Shown here piece by piece: positions 29,686 to 39,515 of a stretch of 64,000 nucleotides of DNA; within the stretch, counting starts at the first letter, position 1, and each line of letters begins with the position of its first letter. The notes below the pieces were generated by a model. That model ran no database searches, was not told the origin of the DNA, and was given only the letters and a program-made list of their open reading frames with translations. The position numbers and the translations under genes are program-made. This stretch comes from an uncultured delta proteobacterium (lineage in GTDB: Bacteria; Desulfobacterota; Binatia; UBA9968), in contig CAVUZH010000013.1 in NCBI GenBank assembly GCA_963745835.1, positions 672,001-736,000 on the forward strand, written 5' to 3'.

Positions 29686-30798
29686 TCAGTAGTCATCGCT
29701 GATCTCCTCGGTCCACTCGATCAGGCGTTGTTTCAGATCTTCCTTGGAAGGCAGGTAGAGCTGATATTGAGAAGCGAAGATGTTGGCGTTTTTCGGCAAG
29801 GTCAGTTCGATGATGGCCGTTTTCTTCCGCTTGCACAGGAGGATGCCGACGGTGGGATTTTCGTCTGGCGTTTTGACGAAGCGGTCGAAGTAGTTCACAT
29901 ACATCTGCATCTGGCCGAGGTCCTGATGCGTGAGCTTGTCGAGTTTCAGGTCGAGGAGCACGTAGCAGCGCAGCAGCCGGTTATAAAATACGAGGTCGAC
30001 GAAATAGTGATCCTCGTCAAACGTAAAGCGTTTTTGGCGCGCTTCGAAGAGAAATCCTTTGCCGAGTTCCAAAAGAAAATGCTGGAGCTTGCCGATGATG
30101 GCGGATTCGAGGTCGCTCTCAGAATAAGCGGGCTTCTCCTCCAAGCCGAGGAACTCGAGGATATAAGGGTCTTTGAGCATGTCGGAAGGTTGGGTGACGG
30201 TGTGCCCCTTCTCTGCAAGCAGGCGGACCTGTTTCTTGTTACGGCTGAGGGCGAGGCGCTCGTACAGACCGGAATTTAATTGCCGCTTGAGTTCCGGAAC
30301 GGACCAACCGGACTGCGTGGCCTCGATTTCGTAGAAGGAGCGTTCTTCGGAATTTTTGATCGTGAGGAGCAAGACGTAGTGGGACCAACTGAGAGTGAAG
30401 GGTGCGGGAGATTTTCCAGATGGTGTCTGGCCAATCACAGCGGACGGCAATTTCCCAGAAGGCTTCTGGGAAATCTGAACGGCGCGATCCTGCCATAGGA
30501 GGTAAAATTTCCGCATGTATTCAAGGTTAGCGCGGGAGAAGCCACGTCCAAACTCGGCGGTCAGGCTAGCGGACAGGTGGACCAAGGTTTCCTTGCCATA
30601 GACAGCGCGGTATCGACCCTGCTGCTCGTGCTCGACGATGAGGCGGCCGATTCCGAAGTTTGTGAGAACTTGCAGGGCATTGACGCTAGTGGCAGCCGCC
30701 TGACGGGCAGACTGCACCAGAATGCGAACCTGTTCGATGAGCGGGCCGATGCTGCGGCTAATCGAAATGGGGTTCTTTGTGGCGGCCTTCTGCTTCAT
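29686..30798 (-). CDS. DUF1016 / YhcG-like PD-(D/E)XK nuclease
   Basis: IGRLIVE.EQ.G..RA.YG, LSWSHY, KDPYILEFL, FLLELGKGF, DLVFYNR, GQMQMY. Confidence 0.93.
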   Translation of the reverse strand: MKQKAATKNPISISRSIGPLIEQVRILVQSARQAAATSVNALQVLTNFGIGRLIVEHEQQGRYRAVYGKETLVHLSASLTAEFGRGFSRANLEYMRKFYLLWQDRAVQISQKPSGKLPSAVIGQTPSGKSPAPFTLSWSHYVLLLTIKNSEERSFYEIEATQSGWSVPELKRQLNSGLYERLALSRNKKQVRLLAEKGHTVTQPSDMLKDPYILEFLGLEEKPAYSESDLESAIIGKLQHFLLELGKGFLFEARQKRFTFDEDHYFVDLVFYNRLLRCYVLLDLKLDKLTHQDLGQMQMYVNYFDRFVKTPDENPTVGILLCKRKKTAIIELTLPKNANIFASQYQLYLPSKEDLKQRLIEWTEEISDDY

Positions 30799-32235
30799 CG
30801 CAGCAGCGCTTCTTCCAGAATCGCCTTGAGCTGGTCGCGTAACGCTGCGGTTTGTTTTTCGGACTCGTCGAGCTTGGCGAGGAGTTCTTCCGGGTCGCCG
30901 TGGTCGTCGGCGACAACGTGCGGGTTTTTGAAATCGAGATTGTAGTTGCGCGCTTTGACTTCATCGATGGTGACTTTCCACGCAATTTCGCTTTCTTCGC
31001 GCTTGTCCCACCAGTCGATGCAAGGCTTGAGGTATTCGAAGCGGATCGGCTTGGTCATCGAGTAGGCTTTTTGCCCGGCGACGACCCGGTGCTCGTAATA
31101 CCAGATTTCCTTTGTCGGCTCGCCTTTGACGAAGAACGAGCAGATTCGTGCCGATCGAGGCATAGGGTTTGAAGACGCTGTTGGGCAGACGGACAATGGT
31201 GTGGAGATTACACTCCTCCAGCAAGTGTTCCTTGAGCCGCGTCTTGACGCCTTCGCCGAAGAGCGTGCCGTCGGGAAGAACCACCGCGGCGCGGCCGCCG
31301 GTTTTGAGCAGGCGCACGATGAGCGCGAGAAAAAGATCGGCGGTCTCGCGCGTCTGGAAATGTTTGGGGAAGTTGGTCTCGATGCCGTCTTCTTCGCGCC
31401 CGCCGAAGGGCGGATTGGTCAGGACGATGTCGACCCGGTCGGACTGCGTATAGCTGATGTACGGCCGCGCCAGCGTGTTGTCGTGACGGACGAATGACGG
31501 ATCGTCGATGTTGTGCAGCAGCATGTTGGTGACGCAGAGCATGTGCGGCAGCTGCTTTTTCTCAGTGGCGCGCAGCGCCTGCTGCATCTTCTGCTCATCG
31601 GCCGGGGTCTTCACGTAGCGTTCGCGCATGTGGCGGATCGCGCAGGTTAAAAACCCGCCGGTGCCGCAGGCCGGATCGAACAAGATTTCGCCGGGGTGAG
31701 GATCGAGACGATCGGCCATGAACGCCGTGACTGCCCGCGGCGTGTAGTATTCGCCCGCGTTGCCGGCGCTCTGCAGGTCGTTCAGGATCTGCTCGTAAAT
31801 ATCGCCGAAGTGCTGGCGCTCGGTAAGGTCGTTGAAATCGACGGCGTTGATCTTGTTGATCACCTGGCGCATGAGCTGGCCGGACTTCATGTAGTTGTAG
31901 GCGTCTTCGAACACTTCGCGCACGACGCGGCGCCGGCCTTGTTTGCTGGTCGCGGGCAAGGCCTTCAGTGCCGGGAACATTTCGCCGTTGATGAATGCGA
32001 GCAAAGCGTCGCCGGTCATGCCCTCAGGATCGGCGGCCCAGTTCCGCCACTGAAACTTTTCCGGAATCGGCGAGCGGTAGTCATCCTGCATCAGCTCCAG
32101 TTCGCGGTCCTGGTCATCGATGATCTTGAGAAAAAACATCCAACAGAGCTGGGAGATGCGCTGCGCGTCGCCATCGACGCCGACATCCTGGCGCATGATG
32201 TCTTGAATGGATTTAACGGTGTTTCGAACGGACAT
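30795..32235 (-). CDS. hsdM: Type I RM N6-adenine methyltransferase (frameshift near 31138)
   Basis: GEYYTPR, DPACGTGGFL, NPPF; a single extra base in TNLL-FFVKG. Confidence 0.93.
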
Positions 32236-32268
32236 AGGAACCTATTCTAGTTAGTTAACAAATTATCT

Positions 32269-32361
32269 CACCACAGAGGACACAGAGATCACAGAGTGTC
32301 GGACGATGAATTAACAACACAAAATTGGCATTTCTCTGTGTGCTCTGTGCTCTCTGTGGTG
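32269..32361. repeat. Palindromic CACAGAG-periodic repeat downstream of the GxxExxY gene
   Basis: CACCACAGAGGACACAGAGATCACAGAG ... CTCTGTGTGCTCTGTGCTCTCTGTGGTG. Confidence 0.85.
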
Positions 32362-32420
32362 CAAGCGCTTTGTGCTCTTTCCTGATGTGTTTGTGAACCG
32401 TGGCTCCCTTCTCCCAAACG

Positions 32421-32807
32421 TCAAAGCCGAAACCGCCTGATACCATCCACAAGTCGTCTGACATTAAAATTGATCAACAATCCTTTAGCGACATTTGCCA
32501 GTTTCATGTAGGTGAGCAGTTGAGCTTCATGTATCGCTAAAGTTCTTTCCAGGCTCTTCAATTCCAGGATCACTTGTTCGTTGACCAAGACGTCGATTCT
32601 ATAGCCGCAATCGAGGTGAACTCCTTTGTATTCGACCGGCACAGGAACCTGTAAGCGAAACCCAACATCTTGCAGAGATAGTTCTCGCGCTAAACATTGC
32701 TCGTAAGCGGACTCAAGCAATCCCGGTCCTAACGTGCGATGGACCTCGATCGCACACCCGATAATCTTTTCCGTCAGCGGATCCCTTTCCGTTCGTTGTA
32801 AATCCAA
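32421..32807 (-). CDS. GxxExxY protein (PD-(D/E)XK-like)
   Basis: [22 protein letters not shown]...YRIDVLV...ELKS...HEAQLLTY...GLLINF. Confidence 0.93.
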   Translation of the reverse strand: MDLQRTERDPLTEKIIGCAIEVHRTLGPGLLESAYEQCLARELSLQDVGFRLQVPVPVEYKGVHLDCGYRIDVLVNEQVILELKSLERTLAIHEAQLLTYMKLANVAKGLLINFNVRRLVDGIRRFRL

Positions 32808-32808
32808 C

Positions 32809-32836
32809 CTCTGTGTCCTCTGTGATCTCGGTGGTG
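32809..32836. repeat. Single arm of the CACAGAG repeat abutting the GxxExxY start codon
   Basis: CTCTGTGTCCTCTGTGATCTCGGTGGTG. Confidence 0.8.
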
Positions 32837-32858
32837 CAATACTATTCGCGACTGAACC

Positions 32859-35322
32859 TCAAGCTGCCTCTTCATAAAGTGCGGATTGTAGCTCGTGAAC
32901 CGCTTTCTCAAAGCCGTTTCGGCCGCCGAACTGTTTCAGGAGTTGAACCGGGGTGCCCATAGCATCGAAGGGCGCCACTTTGAGGATACGGGGATCATCG
33001 AGCGCGGTCATGCCTTCGTCCTGATATTTTTGCAGCAACGCTTCGAGCACGGCCCGAGCCTGGTCGCCGTATTTTGTGAACACGTCGCGCTTGCGCACGT
33101 TCTCGACACGGTCACGGCGCGTCAGCGGCGGCTGGTCGAAAGCGACATGGCAGATCAGATCGAAGGGGTCGAGGTTTTTGCCCACTTCTTCAGCTAAAGG
33201 ATCGAGCAACAAGCCTTCGCTCTTTAGCTCCTCGATGATGGCTTCCTTACGTTCGGCACTATTCCATTGGCTCACGAAATCATTGAGGCTGACGAAATGG
33301 TTGCGCAAAGTTTTCTTTGTGTAATCTCGCAGGGTCTCGGTGACGAGCTTGCCGTACTCGTCCAAATATTCAATGCGTTCCGCGACAATCGTCACCGGAT
33401 CGCCGTGAATGTAATATTTCCGCCGACTCGGCGTCGGCGTCAGTTGATATCGTGATATCGGGCGGCTCGCTGTCGACGACAATCACTTCATCCTCGGCGG
33501 GCTCCGGCGGGATCGGCTCCTCTTCGTCGTTCGTCGGCGGCACGTTGTCTGGCGGCGTCACCGGATCATTCTCGCCCGGCTCATAAATCTGCACCGGCTC
33601 GCCGTCGAACTCGGGATCGGCAAAATGGTTGGTCGCCTTACGGAAGTCGATCAGGGTGAAGTAATATTTCTTGGTATCTTCGTGCACTCGCGTGCCGCGG
33701 CCGACGATCTGCTTGAACTCGGTCATTGACTGGACTTCGCGGTCGAGAACGATGAGACGGCAGGTCTGGGCATCGACGCCGGTAGAAAGTAGGCGTGAGG
33801 TGGTAACGATCACCGGATACTTGGCTTCAGGGTCAATGAAGTTGCCGATCTCGGCGCAGCCTTCCGCGTCGTTACCCGTGATGCGCATGATGTACCGCAG
33901 GTTTTGCTGAACTAAGTCCTGGTTTTCATTAACCAGGGCTTGCCGCATGAGAAAAGCGTGCTCGGTGTCGACGCAAAATACGATGGTCTTTTGAAATCGG
34001 TCGCCGCTCTCCTTTAAAAAATCGCTGACTTTGCGCGCGACCCGTTTTGTCCGTTCGTCAATCACCAGCTCACGATCGAAGTCTTTCTGGTTGTAAATGC
34101 GATCTTCGATCTCGTGGCCATACTTGTCGGTTTCGCCTCGTTGAGGACGATAGCCCTCGATATCGACATCCAGATGCACTTTGACGACTTTATAGGGCGC
34201 GAGGAATCCGTCGCGAATACCTTCTTTCAGTGAGTAGCTATAAACCGGCTTGCCGAAATAATGGATATTCGAGACATATTCGGTCTCTTTCGGCGTGGCG
34301 GTGAGACCGATCTGAGTCGCCGAGGAGAAATACTCAAGGACTTCGCGCCAGGCGGAGTCATCCGCCGCGCTGCCGCGGTGGCATTCATCGACGACGATCA
34401 GGTCGAAGAAATCGCGGGATAGTTCGCGGTAGAGTTTTTGACGCTCCTCGGGACCGGTGATCGCCTGATACAGAGCAAGGTAGACTTCGTAAGACGTATC
34501 GATGCGTCGGGATTTCTTATCGATAGCGGTGGGGATTTGAATTTCGCCGCCATCTTCCCGCTCGATAGTTTTCGAGCTGGTGCTGAGCTTGGCCATGGCG
34601 GCGCCGAACGGACGAAAATCGTTGACCATCGTCTGGTCGACTAGGACATTGCGATCCGCAAGAAAGAGGATTCGCTTTCTCTGCCCGGCTTTCCACAAGC
34701 GCCAGATGATCTGAAATGCAGTGTAAGTTTTGCCCGTGCCGGTAGCCATAACCAGAAGAATACGATCCTCGCCTTTGGCGATGGCTTCTATCGTCTTGTT
34801 GATTGCGATTCGCTGGTAATAACGCGGCTCTTTACCGCTGGCATCTTCGTGGTAGTCCTGCAGAACGACTTCTTCTTGCGCCGGCGCCAGGTCCTTCCAC
34901 TTTCGATAGGATTCCCAAAGCTGAGCCGGCGCTGGAAAACCGTCGAGCCCCAGCTCGGTTTCGGTTTGGCTGCTCTGCCCTGTCCGATCGTGAAATAAGA
35001 ATCCGTCGCCGTTCGACGAGAAAACAAATGGGATATCGAGGGTGGCCGCATATTTGATGGCTTGCTGGATGCCGCCGCCGACCGGGTTGTTATTATCTTT
35101 GGCTTCGATCAGAGCGATCGGAATGTTCGGCTTGTAGTAAAGAATGTAATCGGCGCGTTGCGCCTTGCCGCGGGTTACGAGCTTGCCACGTACAATGATC
35201 CGGCCTTTGGTGAAACCAACCTCTTCACGAATCTGCCACTGGATATCCCAACCGGCGTTGACGACTGCAGGCGTAATATACTTCGTGCAAATGTCGCGTT
35301 CGCTGAGGTCTCTTTTGTTCAT
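32859..35322 (-). CDS. hsdR: Type I restriction endonuclease R subunit, EcoAI/EcoEI-type (frameshift near 33420-33480)
   Basis: ADY...IEAK nuclease; MATGTGKT Walker A; DECHRG; TATP; QIVGRGTR; EcoEI-like C-terminus [11 protein letters not shown]. Confidence 0.93.
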
Positions 35323-35554
35323 GCCAGGCAGCAGCTCGAAGAACCGGCAGGGTCGAAGTATCTCTCATACCGGGATGGGAGCTCGGAAAATACTAATCGA
35401 AATGGGTAGAAATTCGCAAGAGTTTTCGGAAGACAGGGTCATCAGGGTGGGGCGTGAGTTGTTGAGTTATTCCCTTGCAACCAGCGACTTTGAAGGGCGC
35501 AGCCGTTCAATAGTTCAAACGTTCAAGGTTCAACGGCAGACAAGTCAGAGCTAG

Positions 35555-35590
35555 ACTTCCACGTTTCGAGAATTCCCGAAACGTCGAAAT
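35555..35590. repeat. 36-bp palindrome, copy 1
   Basis: ACTTCCACGTTTCGAGAATTCCCGAAACGTCGAAAT. Confidence 0.85.
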
Positions 35591-35911
35591 GCCACTTCTA
35601 ATACCAACCTGGAAATTGGAAAACTTCTCGTCGCCAGCTAACGGGTTCCCGTCTTTGTATTTTGACATTCGTTTTCTGTCGGGTCTCACCACGTGGTCAA
35701 CGTGAGAGCGTGGCAAACTGAACCGTGGCCATCGGCACCCGGGTACCGTCCGCGAGCAGCGGGGTAGGATCATGGGGTTAGGCATGAGTCAGGACTATTA
35801 TCATATTGACCACGCGGGAGGTGGATGCTAGCGTTTGCCTGGTAGAGGATAACTATCGAGCGGCTGCTGTTGTGCTGTGAACGGGGCCATCAAGCCCGGG
35901 AAGGAGCTTTT

Positions 35912-36436
35912 ATGGCGCTTCAATCTCACACCACGAACACACCCACCGTCGTTTCTGAATCTACGGAGATTTCTGGCGTGTACGTCGAAGGTCTCGTCGC
36001 CGGCCTGATTGGCGCGGCGACGATTGCCGTATGGTTTTTCATCCTCGATCTTTATAACGGTAGACCCTTTTACACGCCCAGCGTTTTGGGCGCCGCGCTG
36101 TCTCTTTCCGGAGCCGTCCGTGAATCTGCAACGGTTCCGATCTCGATGGAGTTCGTCATATTCTATTCTTGGATTCACGGTTTAGTGTTTTGTGTGATTG
36201 GCGGATTGGCCGCGAAACTCCTCTCGCTCGCAGAGCGTGATCTTAACTACGGATTCGGTATCTTGCTGCTATTCATCATCTTTGAATTTGGATTTGTTGC
36301 CGTCACAATGGTTTTTGCCGAACCCATACTACGAACTCTGACATGGCCGGCGGTCCTGCTCGGCAATCTACTCGCGGCGGTCGCGATGGCGGTCTATTTT
36401 TGGCGCCATCATCCGACGCTGCGGATCTTACCGTAA
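35912..36436 (+). CDS. Hypothetical integral membrane protein
   Basis: AAGGAG SD before ATG 35912; about four TM helices (GLVAGLIGAATIAVWFFILD...RPFYTPSVLG). Confidence 0.8.
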   Translation: MALQSHTTNTPTVVSESTEISGVYVEGLVAGLIGAATIAVWFFILDLYNGRPFYTPSVLGAALSLSGAVRESATVPISMEFVIFYSWIHGLVFCVIGGLAAKLLSLAERDLNYGFGILLLFIIFEFGFVAVTMVFAEPILRTLTWPAVLLGNLLAAVAMAVYFWRHHPTLRILP

Positions 36437-36587
36437 GTGCGAAAGGCAGCGCGGTGGAATTTGATTTCTTTATCGAGCGGGGATCATTCGGGTTTGGCGT
36501 AAGTTATTGAGTTGTTTCCCTGCATTACCCACTTGAGATTTTCGCAGCAGTCTCCGCGGGGAACGACCGCGGCAACGAAAGAGAGGA

Positions 36588-36623
36588 ACTTCGACGTTTC
36601 GGGAATTCCCGAAACGTCGAAAT
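36588..36623. repeat. 36-bp palindrome, copy 2 (perfect 32-bp palindrome)
   Basis: ACTTCGACGTTTCGGGAATTCCCGAAACGTCGAAAT. Confidence 0.9.
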
Positions 36624-37227
36624 AATAAATCATTCAAATCGGCTGGAAGTGTGAACCGCACACCTCTAACAGCGAACCTCAGCCGTTCCATGTTGGGGTT
36701 TGCCCCTGCGACGATTTCACACCTTACCATCCTCGACACCTCAGCCACTTTCCACGTTTCGCATGCGCAAACTTGATAAGCATCGCTGCTGCGGAAGAGC
36801 TGACCTACAGGTAGTCGCGGCTATGCCGTCCCTCCGGCAACCACCGGCCTTTGCCATGGTCTAGCGCCCCGTTGATGTCATAGACATTCTCCCCGCAAAA
36901 GACGGCTCTCGATATACCGGAGCAGTTGTGCTTGATCTGCCGTTCCGCTCACATAAGCGCTTCGCCAAAACTCAGCGCCAATCGTCTTGGTCGGCGGCAG
37001 GACTAAAGTTCTGCGCGGAGTAACTGGCCTGAGCGGCTTTTCGAAATAGCGGTTAGCGGACTTGGGATAAGGGAAAGGAGATTCGCAAGAGCATTGCTGG
37101 GTGCGATGAGGAGGATAATGCCGATTCGAAATGAGGCTTTGTCTCCGTTTGCGCGCTCTGGGGATCACCATTTATGCTCGATCAGTGCGAATTCTAAGAA
37201 CACGACTCCGGAAGCTCGGGAGGTGGT

Positions 37228-38184
37228 ATGATGAAGGCCGTTAAGAAAAACTTGCAGTTTATAACGGTAGCGCTCCTTGTGCTCATTGCCACAATTGCCA
37301 CTATTCATTTTCCGTACGATGTGGATGCGCCCCTTACTCCTCAGGAAATCGAGGCAGCTCGAAAATACTACACAGATGCATATAAGAAGCCTCCAATCGA
37401 AAGCCAAGGAAGCTCTGAATACGAGACTAAATATATTCAAGTATCTGAAGCCGCTGCTCGAAGTGAGCGTATCGAAGAACAGGTCAGTGCATTTGTTCAG
37501 AATTTTAATCTAAGCGACCGACCAGTTTTGGAAATCGGTTCAGGTCGAGGCTATTTACAGGATGTTGCGCAAAACTATACAGGACTCGATATCTCTCCCA
37601 GCGTGGCGCGCTTCTATCACAAGCGATTTGTTCTCGGCTCGGCAACGGCAATGCCGTTTCCAGAAAACAGCTTCGACGGTATTTGGTCGATTTGGGTGTT
37701 CGAGCATGTACCCAATCCAGAGCAGGCGTTTTATGAAGCTCGGCGTGTCGTACGGGACAAAGGAGTGCTTTTCCTACTTCCCGCATGGAATTGTACCTCC
37801 TGGGCTGCCGAAGGTTACAACGTCAGGCCCTATTCTGATTTCGACTTGGTGGGAAAAATCGTCAAAGCAAGTATTCCGCTGAGGTCTTCAGTACTCTTTA
37901 CGCAAATGGCTTTAGTACCGAACCGAGTTGTCCGTCGTCTTGTCGCTCTACTTGGGCCGACCCGACTGAGATATCGCCGTCTCACTCCGAATTACGAAGA
38001 GTTCTGGGGCCCAGACAGCGACGCGGTGAACTCGATCGATAGCCATGAAGCAATGCTGTGGTTCCTAAGCCGCGGTGATGAATGCTTAAATTGTTACAAT
38101 GCTTCAACATACGACTTTTTCCGGAACATCCATCGAATAGACGAATACCCGCTCATTATTCGCGTTCATAAGTCGGCGGAATAG
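37228..38184 (+). CDS. Class I SAM-dependent methyltransferase with N-terminal membrane anchor
   Basis: VLEIGSGRG motif I; GLDIS; MPFPENSFD; FEHV; GGAGG SD. Confidence 0.9.
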   Translation: MMKAVKKNLQFITVALLVLIATIATIHFPYDVDAPLTPQEIEAARKYYTDAYKKPPIESQGSSEYETKYIQVSEAAARSERIEEQVSAFVQNFNLSDRPVLEIGSGRGYLQDVAQNYTGLDISPSVARFYHKRFVLGSATAMPFPENSFDGIWSIWVFEHVPNPEQAFYEARRVVRDKGVLFLLPAWNCTSWAAEGYNVRPYSDFDLVGKIVKASIPLRSSVLFTQMALVPNRVVRRLVALLGPTRLRYRRLTPNYEEFWGPDSDAVNSIDSHEAMLWFLSRGDECLNCYNASTYDFFRNIHRIDEYPLIIRVHKSAE

Positions 38185-38337
38185 CAAACGGCAGGTCACC
38201 GCGAAAGCCGAAAACTACCGGCTCACGGCAGAAATTACGGCATTATCCGGGAGGTGGAAGTTTGTCGGCCGGTGAAGTGAACGATTCGGTGTAAGCGTTT
38301 CGAGTCGTATCGACGCGAGACCGAGGGCAAAGGAGGG

Positions 38338-38372
38338 ACTTCCACGTTCGAGAATTCCCGAAACGTCGAAAT
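38338..38372. repeat. 36-bp palindrome, copy 3
   Basis: ACTTCCACGTTCGAGAATTCCCGAAACGTCGAAAT (one T short). Confidence 0.85.
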
Positions 38373-38481
38373 GAGATGCCAAGACAGGTTTCCACTGTTA
38401 GCTCCTTCTCAGTGATGATTTTCTAGGACGAGAAGTGGTCGACCACGATTTGACCGACCTTCCGATCGTGCGACTCAGTGG

Positions 38482-39504
38482 TTACTTTCTCTTCAACACT
38501 TCATCGACCAGCGACGGGTCCGCCACTTGCTCCCATGAGACGTTTGCGGCGCCTTCCGATTGCAAAACGGCTTTAACGGCGTCGGCGGAGATGCGAACGT
38601 CCTCGACGATCAGCGGGACATAAATATTATACGATTCGAGCGCAGTCGCTTCGTCGGTGGAAAAAAACTCGCGCAAGAACCGGATCGCTTCGGCCTTTTG
38701 GCTCTTGATCCAATGCATCGCATCGATTTGCGCCTGGATCATCCGTTTCACTTGGTCCCGGTTGCGCTCGATCTTCGTGGCCGTTGTCGACAGTCCGGTA
38801 AAAGGTATCTGAAGAACGTCGCCGGCCGAGCCGAGAAAGCGAAAGCCCTGTTGTTTGGCGAGCACCGAGTGCGGTAATGACAGCGTCGCCGCATCCATTT
38901 GTCCGGCGAGCAAAGCTTGATAGCGTGTCTCGGAGCCGCCCATCGAGATCACGGCGGCGTCTCTTTTCGGATCCAGACCGGCCTTTTGGAGCAGAGCGCG
39001 AGCCACCAAGTCGTCGGTGGCGCCGATATTCGAGATCGCGATCTTCTTGCCGCGCAGCTCGCTTATCGACTGCAAATTCGGCCGCGCCACTAACGTGTGA
39101 AAAGATGACTTGAGCCCAATCGTAACCAGCTTGAGCGGAATACCCTTAGCCGCCGCCCTTATGACCGTGCCGGTCATCCAACTGTAGTCGATCTCACCGG
39201 CATGCAGAGCGACCACCGACAGGTTGGGCCGAATTGTGATGACTTCCGAGTCGATGCCGTATTTGCGAAAAAACCCCTTCTCATGCGCGACCCACGGATC
39301 GAAGAAGCCGATGGACTGGGAAGAAACACCGATGAGCACCCGTTCGCGACCAGGTTCGGCCGCCGGCGCGGTTGCAATCCCGATGGTGCACGAAAGTAGA
39401 ATTACGATTGGCGCAGCGGCGCGGAGTGAGCGGAGTTCCAAAAAACGTTTTTCTCTGCAGCCTCTGCGTCTCCGCGATGAAGAAGAATCTTCAGTCCGTG
39501 TCAT
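38482..39504 (-). CDS. ABC-type substrate-binding protein (NMT1/SsuA-like)
   Basis: WVAHEKGFFRKYGIDSE...LRGKKIAIS; N-terminus overlaps a palindromic repeat, so the start is uncertain. Confidence 0.88.
   Translation of the reverse strand: MTRTEDSSSSRRRRGCREKRFLELRSLRAAAPIVILLSCTIGIATAPAAEPGRERVLIGVSSQSIGFFDPWVAHEKGFFRKYGIDSEVITIRPNLSVVALHAGEIDYSWMTGTVIRAAAKGIPLKLVTIGLKSSFHTLVARPNLQSISELRGKKIAISNIGATDDLVARALLQKAGLDPKRDAAVISMGGSETRYQALLAGQMDAATLSLPHSVLAKQQGFRFLGSAGDVLQIPFTGLSTTATKIERNRDQVKRMIQAQIDAMHWIKSQKAEAIRFLREFFSTDEATALESYNIYVPLIVEDVRISADAVKAVLQSEGAANVSWEQVADPSLVDEVLKRK
39412..39476. repeat. Degenerate palindromic repeat (CGCAGAG/CTCTGCG family)
   Basis: CGCAGCGGCGCGGAGTGAGCGGAG ... CTCTGCAGCCTCTGCGTCTCCGCG. 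Confidence 0.6.
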
Positions 39505-39515
39505 TTGAATCGGTT

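Noticed and set aside
29632-30279. 215-aa + strand ORF
   Set aside because: Antisense to DUF1016 and starts inside a repeat
36878-37171. IS200-like transposase tail (FWRSAYVS...LRYIE)
   Set aside because: Similarity is too short and weak to support by eye
35555-38372. CRISPR array from the 36-bp repeats
   Set aside because: Spacing is ~1.0 and ~1.7 kb with genes between; no cas genes
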